Positions 19,641-30,208 of a stretch of DNA of 64,000 nt are shown here, in pieces (the stretch's first letter is position 1; each line of letters starts with the position of its first letter). The stretch comes from Chitinophaga pinensis (lineage in GTDB: Bacteria > Bacteroidota > Bacteroidia > NS11-12g > UBA9320): positions 53 through 64,052 of the forward strand of contig CAMDBP010000005.1 of the NCBI GenBank assembly GCA_945889315.1, given 5' to 3'. The notes beneath the pieces were generated by a model. The model had not been told where the DNA came from. It worked only from the letters and a program-made list of their open reading frames with translations, and made no database searches. Both the position numbers and the translations under genes were made by a program.

Positions 19641-20417
19641 ATGAAACTAAACTACAAACTATATCCATGTACTTCAAGTGATGCTCAAAAGCACCTTTTT
19701 ATTCTGCATGGATTATTTGGTATGTTAGACAACTGGCACAACATTGCCAGAAAACTTTCCGATGAATATACGGTAATAAGCATAGACCAGCGTAATCATG
19801 GCAATAGCCCTCATTCAAACGATATGTCGTTTGAACTCATGGCAGACGATTTAGCAGAACTCATGGACGATTTGCAAATTGCAACTGCAAATATCATGGG
19901 GCATTCTATGGGAGGTAAAACTGTTATGAGATTTGCTGATTTACACCCTGACAAGTTACATAAACTAATTGTGGTTGATATTAGTCCACGGGCATACAAG
20001 TCTGGTCATGACGCCTATTTTACGGCGTTTAATACTATTGATTTTTCTATGTGTCAAAATAGAATTGAGGCAGATGCTGCTCTTGCAGTACTAGAGCCTA
20101 ATGCTGGTGTACGTCAGTTTTTACTTAAAAATTTAGACAGGTCTGAAAAAGGGTACCACTTAAAATTTAACCTAAAGCCTATCGAATCATTCTATCCTCA
20201 GATGATTTCAGCACTTGATTTTCAATGGCTTATAAACGCACCCACACTCTTCATATACGGTGAAAATTCGGGATACATTACCCATGATGATATTGTTAAC
20301 ATAGAAAATACATTTACGCAAGCTAGTTTTATGGAAATAAAAAATTCGGGGCACTGGATACATGCCGAACAACCACAAGCTTTTGTAGAAGCCGTTGAAA
20401 CATTTTTAGCCAGTTAA
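19641..20417 (+). CDS. Alpha/beta hydrolase (YbfF-like esterase)
   Basis: LHGLFG, DQRNHG, GHSMGGK nucleophile elbow, GHWIHAE. Confidence 0.9.
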   Translation: MKLNYKLYPCTSSDAQKHLFILHGLFGMLDNWHNIARKLSDEYTVISIDQRNHGNSPHSNDMSFELMADDLAELMDDLQIATANIMGHSMGGKTVMRFADLHPDKLHKLIVVDISPRAYKSGHDAYFTAFNTIDFSMCQNRIEADAALAVLEPNAGVRQFLLKNLDRSEKGYHLKFNLKPIESFYPQMISALDFQWLINAPTLFIYGENSGYITHDDIVNIENTFTQASFMEIKNSGHWIHAEQPQAFVEAVETFLAS

Positions 20418-20461
20418 GGCTGTTTCTTTAAGGGTAAAAAGACTATACTTGCCCTGTTGTT

Positions 20462-22957
20462 TTGAGAGTACTTATTATTACATTAATTAGCTTTGTGTGG
20501 TTGACTAGTTGGTCACAAACCACTATAACGGGCAGGGTTACCGATTCTAAGTCGGGTGAACCTTTACCGTATGTTACCTTAAGGGGTAATAATGTAAGTC
20601 TAGGCGCAGTAACTGATTTTGATGGCTTTTATGAGATACGGACATCACTCACGGTGGATAGTTTAGTCGCCTCTTATATGGGATACAATTTGGTAAAAAA
20701 AAGTGTAGTCACCGGCCAAAAACAAATCATAGATTTTTCCCTTTCAGAATCTGCCAATAGCTTACAAGAATTTATAGTACGTCCAGGAGGTATAAATCCT
20801 GCCGATGTGATTATGAAACGCGCTGAAAAACGTAAGAAAGAGTATAATCCTGACAAAATAGAATACTACGAATATGAGGGATACAATAAAGTGCAGCTTG
20901 CCGTAGATAATGTTTCTGATAAATTTAAAAAACGGAAACTATTTAGTGCAATGGAGCCACTATTTGATACCATTTCATCCTTTAGCGATTCAGGAAGTCA
21001 AAAGGTCTTACCTGTTTTTGTTTCTGAAACCATTAGTGATTATTACTTCAGAAAAATACCCAGACGTACCAAAGAAGTAATAAAAGCCACTAAGATACAA
21101 GGAGTGGGAGTGGGCGAAGAAAGTTATGTTTCTCAAATACTCGGTTCTACTTTTCAGCAATACAATTTTTACGAAAACAACCTTTACATTTTAGACAAAG
21201 ATTTTATATCTCCGCTTAGTTTTCAGGCAAAAGCCTATTATTTTTTTACCTTAATAGATAGTATCGAGATAGGTGGCGTTCCTTGCTATCAAATAAAAGT
21301 TGATCCTAAAAACCCCATGGATCTGGTTTTTAGCGGTATCATATGGATTGAGGCAAATTCGTATGCACTAAAACGATTAAGCCTAGAAATAGGCAATAAG
21401 GCAAATCTTAACTTTATCGAAAAACTAAAGATTCAACAGGAATTTGTGGAAGTAGAACCAACCTATTGGTTACCCAACAAAACGAGGGTACTTATAGACA
21501 TTGCCGAACTAACCAATAGTACCGTCGGTATGATTGGTTTATACTACAATTCTACCAAAAACATAAAAATAAACAGAGTACACGAATTGCCTTTTTACGA
21601 AGACAAAATAAGCGTGGTCGAAAATTCATTTACCAAGAGTGACATCTATTGGGACACCGCAAGACACGAACAGATCTCCCTTGAAGACAAACGCATCTAC
21701 CAAATGGTAGATTCCCTCAAGAACCAACCGCTGATTAAAAGCTATGTTGACATTGTAGAAATAGCCATAGAAGGGCATATACCCAAAGGCGAAATAGATC
21801 TCGGTCCGTGGTATTACATTCTAGGGTATAATCAGCTAGAAGGTGTACGCACTAGGGTAGGTTTTAGAACTTCACCTCAGTTTAGCAAAGACTACCAATT
21901 TAGGACATATGGCGCATATGGATTTGGTGACAAGCAGTTTAAGTTTGGGATATTTAATGAGTACGTGTTTGACAGAGCCAAGTGGGGTAAAGTCGGCGCA
22001 TTTGTAAAAAAAGATGTTGAACTTATAGGTCTTACAGATGAGTATGTAGCGACCTCTGCATTGTACGATGCTTTTTCGATGTTGGGAACCAATAGGCTCA
22101 GTAGAAGTTTTACGCAACGTATTTGGGCTGAAAAAGAGTTGATTAAGGGATATACACAATCCGTTAATCTAACGCACAAGACATACGAATTTGAAAAAGT
22201 GGGTGACTTTAAATTCGGATACTATTCTAACCCGGGTGATTCTAACTCACCTTTAAAAAGCGACTATGACATAACCAGCATCAATCTTCGTGGTCGATTT
22301 TCTTATAAAGAGCAATTTATCTATCGAAATACAAACAGATATAGTCTTGGAAATCTTAAGGCTCCTGTGCTATCGCTGGATTATACTCACAGTTTTAACG
22401 ATGTACTAGGTGGTGAATTCACTTTTAATAAATTTGGAATAGAGCTTTGGCAATTTAACAGTTTAGGAAATTGGGGTACTTTTCAATATACGGTAAAGGC
22501 CTACAAAACTTTTGGACAAGCGCCTTATCCCTCCCTGTTTATTATGCGAGGGAATCAATCCTTTTTTAGCAATAATCTTAGTTACAATCTGATGGATTTC
22601 TTTGAGTTTGCAGCAGATCAATATGCTTCTGTAGATTATGAGCATCAGTTTAATGGCTTGTTTTTTAATCGGATTCCGCTTATTAAAAAGTTAAAATGGC
22701 GGGAATTTGTAAATTTTAAGGGCGTCTATGGTACAATGAGTCTTTACAATCAAAGTTTGATGCCACTAAACAATCCCAATATAACCACTCCTAGCTTTTT
22801 TGTGGGAGGTAAACCCTATATGGAGCTTGGTTACGGCATAGAAAACATCTTCCGCTTTGTGAGGCTAGACTTTATACATAGACTTACTTACCTTGATGAA
22901 AGTCATCCTAATGCAAAAGCTTTTGGTTTAAAGGGAACGGCAGTGTTCCGTTTTTAG
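20462..22957 (+). CDS. Carboxypeptidase-regulatory-like + DUF5686-type outer-membrane protein
   Basis: Signal peptide; ITGRVTD..SGEPLPY...TDFDGFY; C-terminal PYMELGYGIENIF.FVRLDF ending in Phe. Confidence 0.8.
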   Translation: MRVLIITLISFVWLTSWSQTTITGRVTDSKSGEPLPYVTLRGNNVSLGAVTDFDGFYEIRTSLTVDSLVASYMGYNLVKKSVVTGQKQIIDFSLSESANSLQEFIVRPGGINPADVIMKRAEKRKKEYNPDKIEYYEYEGYNKVQLAVDNVSDKFKKRKLFSAMEPLFDTISSFSDSGSQKVLPVFVSETISDYYFRKIPRRTKEVIKATKIQGVGVGEESYVSQILGSTFQQYNFYENNLYILDKDFISPLSFQAKAYYFFTLIDSIEIGGVPCYQIKVDPKNPMDLVFSGIIWIEANSYALKRLSLEIGNKANLNFIEKLKIQQEFVEVEPTYWLPNKTRVLIDIAELTNSTVGMIGLYYNSTKNIKINRVHELPFYEDKISVVENSFTKSDIYWDTARHEQISLEDKRIYQMVDSLKNQPLIKSYVDIVEIAIEGHIPKGEIDLGPWYYILGYNQLEGVRTRVGFRTSPQFSKDYQFRTYGAYGFGDKQFKFGIFNEYVFDRAKWGKVGAFVKKDVELIGLTDEYVATSALYDAFSMLGTNRLSRSFTQRIWAEKELIKGYTQSVNLTHKTYEFEKVGDFKFGYYSNPGDSNSPLKSDYDITSINLRGRFSYKEQFIYRNTNRYSLGNLKAPVLSLDYTHSFNDVLGGEFTFNKFGIELWQFNSLGNWGTFQYTVKAYKTFGQAPYPSLFIMRGNQSFFSNNLSYNLMDFFEFAADQYASVDYEHQFNGLFFNRIPLIKKLKWREFVNFKGVYGTMSLYNQSLMPLNNPNITTPSFFVGGKPYMELGYGIENIFRFVRLDFIHRLTYLDESHPNAKAFGLKGTAVFRF

Positions 22958-22967
22958 GCGATTACAA

Positions 22968-23399
22968 CTATCGTTTCTCTTGAAAAAAGGACTTCATAAG
23001 CACTATGGATTCCTCTTCTAAAACACCAGATTTTATAACGAGTTTGTGGTCTGAATTTAAAAAATTAGTAAAGCCGTGTTTAGGCTCTAGACAACCAATA
23101 AAGATGTTTTTGATACGCGCATTTTTTATGGCTCCATAGCACATTAGACAAGGTTCTACTGTAACGTATAATTGGCAATCTTGCAAAAACTTGGAATTTA
23201 AATACGAGCTAGCAGCGGTTATTGCCAGCATTTCTGCGTGTGCTGTAGGGTCGTTGGATCGTTCTACCTGGTTATATCCCTTTCCTATTATTTGATTATT
23301 GGCTACTACAATAGCGCCTATCGGCACTTCGTTTTCTGCCAAAGCGCTTTCTGCCTGTTTCAAGGCTTGTTTCATAAAGTAGTCTGGGGTTAGTTCCAT
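22968..23399 (-). CDS. tadA: tRNA adenosine deaminase TadA-like nucleoside deaminase
   Basis: EVPIGA, TAHAE and EPCLMC zinc motifs. Confidence 0.85.
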   Translation of the reverse strand: MELTPDYFMKQALKQAESALAENEVPIGAIVVANNQIIGKGYNQVERSNDPTAHAEMLAITAASSYLNSKFLQDCQLYVTVEPCLMCYGAIKNARIKNIFIGCLEPKHGFTNFLNSDHKLVIKSGVLEEESIVLMKSFFQEKR

Positions 23400-23403
23400 A
23401 TTC

Positions 23404-24957
23404 TTATTGCTTATTTACTTTATCCATTAATGCGTCAAAAAGCATCTCGCTTATATACTTTGAACCTTTATAACTGAAGTGCGTGTAATCTTTTTGCGCA
23501 AGCCCTTTATTTACCCATGCCACCATTGAGTTTTCACCCCCCATGGCTTCATAAAGATCCCAAAAGCAACAACCTGAAGATAAGGCTGCTTCCCGCATTG
23601 CATCTCTTACCAATGGTATATTACTATAAGAAACCATTGTTCCTCCCTCATTTTTACTCATATCGCTTGGTCCTATTACGAGTATACTAACCCCGGGATT
23701 GGCTGCTCTAATGCTTTGTAGCTGTTTAGTTAAAAGAGACTTATAATATTCATAGTCAGACCGTATGTTTGGAATCACATTTATGCCATATTGAAGAATG
23801 ATGGCTCTTACATTTAACACCTCCAACTGTTTGTGATATAACTCTTGGCTCATTTTATTAAATCCGATAGCTGAGCTGCCACGCATTGGAAAATTATCTA
23901 CTGCTACTCCACTAGTACCATCTAATGCTACGCCATAAATTAGGGGAAATTTACCGTTTATAAAATCGAGTCTAAGTTCTTTATTCGTTCTCAAATCCCA
24001 TTGTTGTATACCTAAGTCGCTAGTGGGTTTTAAGTTATAATTATTGATTTTGTTGTCACAGGTTAATTGCAATTGAGATAGTTCTTCATTCGCATAAAGT
24101 AGAGTTATGCGGGCAAAATTTCTTACAGACCCGTAGCTCTTACTTCCATTTTTAATTAGCAGATAGGCCTGATCTTGCTTTTTCTTATTAAACGTAGGTT
24201 CTTGGGTTTTTTGCGCCTCGTTATACGTCCAGTTCAAAAAAGAGGCGTACTCTCCATTAAACGTAAATGAGGATCCACCAATTCCGTATTTTCCATCTTT
24301 TCGTGTAGATCCATTGATATAAAAAGCATGTTTCTTGATGTTTTTGCTGTTTGAGACAAAAACAGATTGTCTTGAAGTCGCTGCAGGTTCATTTGGCAAC
24401 ACAATTCCGGGTCCTTCTCCACCATACACCTTCTGTAACTTATTCCTGAAATAATCCGAGATCCTATCCCCTTCTAATTGGGAATCGCCGTAATGCAATA
24501 TCCGAATTACCTTCGTTTTGCTTTCGTTCTTAAGTCCGTTTTGCAGGCATTTAAGTGCATTAGGATTATTTTCTGGGATTTGTATCCTTCTATAATATGG
24601 AACCTCATTGAAGCTTGCTAAAACTCTTAATGTCGCAGTTTTATCCGTTTGATGAAGAGTATCGGTCTCAAGATTTACTAGATCCAATAATGTATCCGTT
24701 GCTTCAGAATTGGCTTTGGGGTTAATTCCTGCCAAAACGCTGTCCATATTTACTTCCCTATACGTAGCTCTATGGTTACCCATAAGTTCATCCACAGAAA
24801 TAAATTTGAGTTTAAACGTACTACTTAACGATATTCCCTCTTTGGGAAATAACCAAGCTATTACGCCTAAGAGCAAGTTTATTGCAACTATAGCAAGAAG
24901 TAATTTGGTAGGTCTTACGCTTCTACTTTCAAGATATTTACTTCTGTCAAGCTTCAC
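23404..24957 (-). CDS. Membrane-anchored SGNH/GDSL hydrolase-fold protein (possible cell-envelope O-acetyltransferase or esterase)
   Basis: N-terminal TM helix; ILHYGDSQ, MRGSS, QYGIN, DYTH catalytic blocks. Confidence 0.78.
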   Translation of the reverse strand: MKLDRSKYLESRSVRPTKLLLAIVAINLLLGVIAWLFPKEGISLSSTFKLKFISVDELMGNHRATYREVNMDSVLAGINPKANSEATDTLLDLVNLETDTLHQTDKTATLRVLASFNEVPYYRRIQIPENNPNALKCLQNGLKNESKTKVIRILHYGDSQLEGDRISDYFRNKLQKVYGGEGPGIVLPNEPAATSRQSVFVSNSKNIKKHAFYINGSTRKDGKYGIGGSSFTFNGEYASFLNWTYNEAQKTQEPTFNKKKQDQAYLLIKNGSKSYGSVRNFARITLLYANEELSQLQLTCDNKINNYNLKPTSDLGIQQWDLRTNKELRLDFINGKFPLIYGVALDGTSGVAVDNFPMRGSSAIGFNKMSQELYHKQLEVLNVRAIILQYGINVIPNIRSDYEYYKSLLTKQLQSIRAANPGVSILVIGPSDMSKNEGGTMVSYSNIPLVRDAMREAALSSGCCFWDLYEAMGGENSMVAWVNKGLAQKDYTHFSYKGSKYISEMLFDALMDKVNKQ

Positions 24958-24963
24958 ATCAAC

Positions 24964-26163
24964 TTAGTCCTTTAAGGTTATTCTCGTTAATTCACTTTTG
25001 GGCAGTTTGTCTATTTTTTTATAGTACGAGAGTTGGCTAGACGGGACCACTATTTTCAAGCGTTGGTTTACGATTATTTTATTCCCTCGAATGTTATTCC
25101 ATTGTCTTAGTTCACTCACTTCACAATCATATATATCAGCAATCCTCAGTAGAATATCTCCTTTTCTCACTTTGTAGTATACCGTTGTTGTTGTGCTTTG
25201 CACAACAGGAACTTCTTCTTTTGCTTTTACAGGTGCAGCACTTATTGTGTCTTTTGCTTTTTCCTCGGCAACAGGCAACACTGGTAGTGGTGCATAGACA
25301 TAAACCTCGTTGCCCAATTCGTAAAACTGATTGATTCTGGTAAATGGTATAGTCACATAAAAAGGTGAGGTGGTTTGAGGAATTACATATTTTTTATACG
25401 TTGGATTAAGTTCTTTTAGCAGTTTGTTATCTACGTTTAGCACGGTAGACAAGTGCTCTAAAGTGGTGTATCTTGAAACAGGTACAATCCCGGTATTTAT
25501 GGCCGTTGGTCTTGTTTTATACCCCATTTCTTTATAAAAACTAGCATAATACGTTGCCGCCACAAAATGAGGATACGTGTTTTTAGCGATATCCGGTAAA
25601 TAACTACATATCATGTCGTAATCGCGTGCATCACCCGCAAGAGCATATGCTTTTAGCCAATCATCTTCATTCGCATTATATGCAGTAATCGCCAAACGCC
25701 AGTCACGGTAAAGTTCGTGCAATCGGGTTATTTCCTTACAAAACACTGCAGCAGATTTTAACACATCTCTCCGTTCGTCGATATAATTGGTTATAACTAA
25801 TCCATTTTTAATAGCTGTTCTATGTCTTAATCCAAAGGGACCTTCTTTGCCATCAACTCCTTTTTCAATTAGGTTAAAATTAGTTAATGAGATACTAGCA
25901 AATCTTAACTCAACCGGAACTTTTTTTTCTATAAATAACTCTTTCAACGCGACATCAAACGTCAAAAATTTTCGGATGGTCTCTATGTTAGCGGGTTTAG
26001 TTGTTTTTTGATAATCGGTAATTTGAGCAAGTACCTCCAGATTAACGTCCAAAGGAATTTCGGATTGTATTCGTTTAAGTCTAGATGTAATTTCTTTGTC
26101 GCTGATTTGCGAAAAGCAACTCAGATATAATATGCCAACTAAAAATAATAAGCTAGGTCGCAT
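24964..26163 (-). CDS. MltD-like transglycosylase-fold protein with C-terminal LysM; active site degenerate
   Basis: YIDERRD, DWRLAITAYN, LKELNP and LysM (YKVRKGDIL..IA); ES and GLWQF motifs missing. Confidence 0.8.
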   Translation of the reverse strand: MRPSLLFLVGILYLSCFSQISDKEITSRLKRIQSEIPLDVNLEVLAQITDYQKTTKPANIETIRKFLTFDVALKELFIEKKVPVELRFASISLTNFNLIEKGVDGKEGPFGLRHRTAIKNGLVITNYIDERRDVLKSAAVFCKEITRLHELYRDWRLAITAYNANEDDWLKAYALAGDARDYDMICSYLPDIAKNTYPHFVAATYYASFYKEMGYKTRPTAINTGIVPVSRYTTLEHLSTVLNVDNKLLKELNPTYKKYVIPQTTSPFYVTIPFTRINQFYELGNEVYVYAPLPVLPVAEEKAKDTISAAPVKAKEEVPVVQSTTTTVYYKVRKGDILLRIADIYDCEVSELRQWNNIRGNKIIVNQRLKIVVPSSQLSYYKKIDKLPKSELTRITLKD

Positions 26164-27583
26164 AATATCCTGTCACTATTTTCGAAATGTTAAACAATTC
26201 GTTTTCGGCAAATGCTTTCGTCATAAAATGCATTCCGATAGACAGGCCATTTGATTCTTCTGTAGGTATAGAAATAGCAGGTAAACCAGCTAAAGAAGCT
26301 TGTACCGTAAACATATCTGCGAGCCACATTTGAATGGGGTCTTTTGTTTTTTCACCACCCAATTCAAAGGCCGTAGTAGGGGCAGTAGGACATAGAAATA
26401 AATCATAGTTTTCTAAGATTTTTTCGCTTTCTATCTTAATTACATTGCGCACCTTTAATGCTTTGGTGTAATAAGCTTCATAAGAATCTGCACTTAACAC
26501 AAAAGTACCTGTCATAATTCTTCTTTTCACCTCATGACCAAAACCTTCACTTCTTGATTTTTTAAACGTAGACTCTATATCGTGCGCTTCACTACTTCTG
26601 TGCCCGTAGAGCATACCACTATAACGAGAAAGGTTAGAAGACGCCTCTGCTGCAGTAAGCACATAGTAGCAAGGAACCATATAATCTAGGTAGGGAAATG
26701 ACTGCTCTTCTACGGTATGTCCGTCTGCTCTTAATTTGTCTATAAGCGAAATGTAAGCAGACTTAACGTCATCTGCTAACCCTTCACTAAGCATGGCCTC
26801 CTTAGAGTAGGCTATTTTATATTTTTTGGTGGTATTGGCTACAAATTTTTCAACAGGCGCAGATGAAGAAGTGGCATCAAATGCATCTTTACCGGCCATT
26901 ATTTCAAGCAACAATGCCGCATCTTCTTCGCTGCTGGTTATCGGACCAATTTGATCAAAACTTGAAGCATACGCAAACAAGCCGTATCTGGATATTCTGC
27001 CGTAGGTAGGTTTTAGTCCAAAGGTGCCTGTAAAAGAGCTTGGTTGGCGAACCGAACCTCCCGTATCTGATCCAAGTGCTGCTAAGCACAAATCTGCTTG
27101 AACAGCAACGGCGCTGCCACCGGAGCTACCCCCTGGCACTTTAGCGTGATCTGCTGCATTTTTAACTGGGCCAAAAGCTGAATTTTCATTACTGGCTCCC
27201 ATGGCAAATTCATCACAATTAGTTCTACTAATTACAATGACATCTTCGTCCAGAAGGCGTTGTAAAGCTGTAGCTGTATATACTGCTTCGTAGTTTTCTA
27301 GTATTTTGGAAGAGCCAGAAGCGTTGTGTCCTCTGTAGCAGATATTATCCTTAATAGCAAGAAACATTCCTGCTAATTTACCGGCAGTTCCGTTTTTTAC
27401 TTTTTGGTCTATTGCCGCTGCGCGAATTTTCACTTCTTCTCCAAAAACTTCTAACACTGCATTTAATTGCGTGTGTTCTTCGTTCTGTTGAAGATAGTAG
27501 TTGGCTAAGTCAGTACAGGTTGTTTTTCCTTGGCTTATATCTGACTGGATTTGGGCAAGTGATGTGTATTTTTTTGCAATCAT
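26153..27583 (-). CDS. gatA: Asp-tRNA(Asn)/Glu-tRNA(Gln) amidotransferase subunit A
   Basis: [39 protein letters not shown]. Confidence 0.95.
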   Translation of the reverse strand: MIAKKYTSLAQIQSDISQGKTTCTDLANYYLQQNEEHTQLNAVLEVFGEEVKIRAAAIDQKVKNGTAGKLAGMFLAIKDNICYRGHNASGSSKILENYEAVYTATALQRLLDEDVIVISRTNCDEFAMGASNENSAFGPVKNAADHAKVPGGSSGGSAVAVQADLCLAALGSDTGGSVRQPSSFTGTFGLKPTYGRISRYGLFAYASSFDQIGPITSSEEDAALLLEIMAGKDAFDATSSSAPVEKFVANTTKKYKIAYSKEAMLSEGLADDVKSAYISLIDKLRADGHTVEEQSFPYLDYMVPCYYVLTAAEASSNLSRYSGMLYGHRSSEAHDIESTFKKSRSEGFGHEVKRRIMTGTFVLSADSYEAYYTKALKVRNVIKIESEKILENYDLFLCPTAPTTAFELGGEKTKDPIQMWLADMFTVQASLAGLPAISIPTEESNGLSIGMHFMTKAFAENELFNISKIVTGYYAT

Positions 27584-27801
27584 TCAGCGGACTTGTCCTC
27601 TGTTTTAGAATCGGTTTTTGGCTTTTCGTTCATACCTTCTCTTAATTGCTCGGTTACATCATTTTTCGCCTTATTAAACTCACGAATACCCGATCCTAAC
27701 CCTTTCATTAATTCTGGAATTTTTTTTCCTCCAAATAGCAAAAGAATGGCAAATATGATAACTAACCACTCCATTCCGCCCATACTTAAAAACAATAACA
27801 T
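27580..27801 (-). CDS. tatA: Twin-arginine translocase TatA
   Basis: [22 protein letters not shown]. Start moved to ATG 27801 because a TACGTTTG promoter element overlaps the 27831 start. Confidence 0.92.
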   Translation of the reverse strand: MLLFLSMGGMEWLVIIFAILLLFGGKKIPELMKGLGSGIREFNKAKNDVTEQLREGMNEKPKTDSKTEDKSAE

Positions 27802-27901
27802 ACTTTTTTTTATTAATATTTCCTCATGCAAACGTACTACAATTCTTTGGATATTGTGAAGTGATAGATAATCCTTAAATTCGTCTAAAATTAGACATAA
27901 A

Positions 27902-28429
27902 ATGGCAGTAAGAAGACCTTTTAACCTACAAAAATGGATAGACGAGCATAGAGCTGAGCTTAAGCCACCAGTGGGAAATCAAAACCTGTATAAAGATGCA
28001 GGAGATTACATCGTAATGATTGTTGCAGGACCTAATGCTCGAAAGGACTACCATTACAATGAAACAGAAGAACTTTTTTACCAGTTAGAGGGCGACATTA
28101 ATGTCCGAATACAAGAAAATGGAGAAGCGATAGATATTCCGATAAAAGCGGGAGATATGTTTCTTTTACCCGCCAAAGTACCGCACTCACCTGTACGAAG
28201 TGAAGGAAGTATTGGCCTAGTTATCGAGTGTAAACGAACGAATAACGAGCAAGATGGACTTATTTGGTTTTGTGAAAATTGCAATCATAAGCTTCACGAA
28301 TACAAATTCCCACTTACCGATATTGAAAAAGATTTTATACCTCGATTTAAGGAGTTTTACGCTTCTGAAGAATTACGCACTTGCGATTCGTGTGGAACCG
28401 TAATGAGCACAGATCCCAGATTTGTTTAA
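27902..28429 (+). CDS. nbaC: 3-hydroxyanthranilate 3,4-dioxygenase
   Basis: [16 protein letters not shown]...EELFYQ, VPHSP; rubredoxin-like CENC...CDSC. Confidence 0.95.
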   Translation: MAVRRPFNLQKWIDEHRAELKPPVGNQNLYKDAGDYIVMIVAGPNARKDYHYNETEELFYQLEGDINVRIQENGEAIDIPIKAGDMFLLPAKVPHSPVRSEGSIGLVIECKRTNNEQDGLIWFCENCNHKLHEYKFPLTDIEKDFIPRFKEFYASEELRTCDSCGTVMSTDPRFV

Positions 28430-28484
28430 AAAAGCTCGTGCTTGTAAACCAAATTTTACATCATCTATGCATTGGTAAGTATTT

Positions 28485-29246
28485 ATGATAGCACTCATTA
28501 CGGGAGCTTCAGCAGGCATTGGGAAAGAGTTTGCAACCGAATTTGCCAAGGATAAAATAGACTTAGTTTTAGTGGCTAGAAGAGAAGAAAACATGCTAAA
28601 ACATGCCTTATTTCTAGAGACAAACTATGGTGTTAACGTAACTGTAATTCCTACGGATTTGGCAGTACCAAACAGTGCTGAAAAACTTTATGATGAAATT
28701 CAAAAACGGGACATTAAAATTGATTTTTTAATAAACAACGCTGGTTTTGGCGATCATGGTGAGTTTGTAGACAGCGATTTAGCCAAGCAGGAAGAGATGA
28801 TAAATCTGAATATTCTTACACTTACCAAGCTAACTCGATTGTTTGGTGCTGATATGAAGCTCAGAAACCAAGGTACGATATTAAACGTTGCGTCAGATGC
28901 GGCTTTTAGGCCCGGACCCATGATGAGTGTGTATTTTGCAACGAAGCATTATGTATTAGCTTTTTCAGAAGCAATCGCCGAAGAATTGACACCCTATGGA
29001 GTTTATGTATGCACTTTATGTCCAGGTTCTACCCAAAGTGAATTTGGTGAAATGGCAGGTTTTGGGAAACTTGATCCCAACAGTAGTAATCCAACTTCTG
29101 CAGAAGTAGCAGCCTTTGGTTTTCGTCAAATGAAAAAGAAAAAAGTAGTGTTCATTCATGGGCGACAAATTAAGCTTAAAGCGTTTTTAACCCAGGTTAT
29201 GCCAAAGGGGCTAGTTAGACGATGGGTTTACAGCCAAATGACCTGA
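28485..29246 (+). CDS. Short-chain dehydrogenase/reductase
   Basis: TGASAGIG, NNAG, YFATK. Confidence 0.93.
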   Translation: MIALITGASAGIGKEFATEFAKDKIDLVLVARREENMLKHALFLETNYGVNVTVIPTDLAVPNSAEKLYDEIQKRDIKIDFLINNAGFGDHGEFVDSDLAKQEEMINLNILTLTKLTRLFGADMKLRNQGTILNVASDAAFRPGPMMSVYFATKHYVLAFSEAIAEELTPYGVYVCTLCPGSTQSEFGEMAGFGKLDPNSSNPTSAEVAAFGFRQMKKKKVVFIHGRQIKLKAFLTQVMPKGLVRRWVYSQMT

Positions 29247-29448
29247 TTAGCAGGTTGCATAATACTAAAATTTGAACCACAGATATGTCGTATTCTTTTT
29301 TATGAATTCTCCATTTGCTTTATTCTAAAAGTAAATATTTAAACCATCTTTGTGGCGTCTTTAAAGGGTATTTTAACAGCGTTACAGGTATTGAGAAACG
29401 TATTCCTTTTAAGAACCAAAAACAATTACACCTACGGTAAAATTACTA

Positions 29449-30144
29449 ATGCTTAACCTAAAGAAACAGATACCTAATTTACTTACCCTTTCCAATCTGC
29501 TTTGTGGTACGTTTATCATCATCAGCGCTTTTCAATTAGAGTTTTTGAATGCTGCCTATTGGGCTGTTGCTGCTTTGATTTTTGATTTTTTAGATGGTAC
29601 AGCTGCGCGTCTTTTAAATGTGAGTTCTTCCATAGGTAAAGAGCTTGATTCTATGGCAGATATGGTAAGTTTTGGGGTAGCTCCGGCACTAGTATTATTT
29701 AATTACTGGAGCAATGAGTTGTACGAAACAGGATCATTTGTTGTATACTTTCCATTGTTAATTGCTGTTTTTTCGGGTTATAGATTAGCTAAGTTTAATG
29801 TTTCTGAACAGAACAATGATTATTTCAGTGGCTTGCCAACGCCTGCGCTTGCACTCGCTTCATTTGCCCTTCCGCTTGCAGGAGAACAATTTGAATTAGC
29901 CAATAGTTGGTTGAATAATCCTTTTTTCATCATGTTGTTTTGCATCATTGGCGCTCTCTTGTTGGTAAGTAATATCAAGCTCTTCTCTATTAAAATCGGA
30001 TCACAAAACAAAAAGCTAAACAGTATTCGAGTTGCAATGTTATTTACATGTATGTTACTAATAGGATGGCTACATTTTTTAGGCGCTTTTCTTTGTTTGG
30101 TAGTTTACTTAGTATTCTCTTTAGCATCTCAAAAATTAATCTAA
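29449..30144 (+). CDS. pssA: CDP-alcohol phosphatidyltransferase (PssA-like phosphatidylserine synthase)
   Basis: IPNLLT, DFLDG..AR...GKELDSMADMVSFG, RLAKFN, FSGLPTP. Confidence 0.85.
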   Translation: MLNLKKQIPNLLTLSNLLCGTFIIISAFQLEFLNAAYWAVAALIFDFLDGTAARLLNVSSSIGKELDSMADMVSFGVAPALVLFNYWSNELYETGSFVVYFPLLIAVFSGYRLAKFNVSEQNNDYFSGLPTPALALASFALPLAGEQFELANSWLNNPFFIMLFCIIGALLLVSNIKLFSIKIGSQNKKLNSIRVAMLFTCMLLIGWLHFLGAFLCLVVYLVFSLASQKLI

Positions 30145-30208
30145 ACAAAAACATTTTTAGGATTTACAAAAGATTTCCGTACTCATTTACACATAAAACT
30201 GAATTCAA

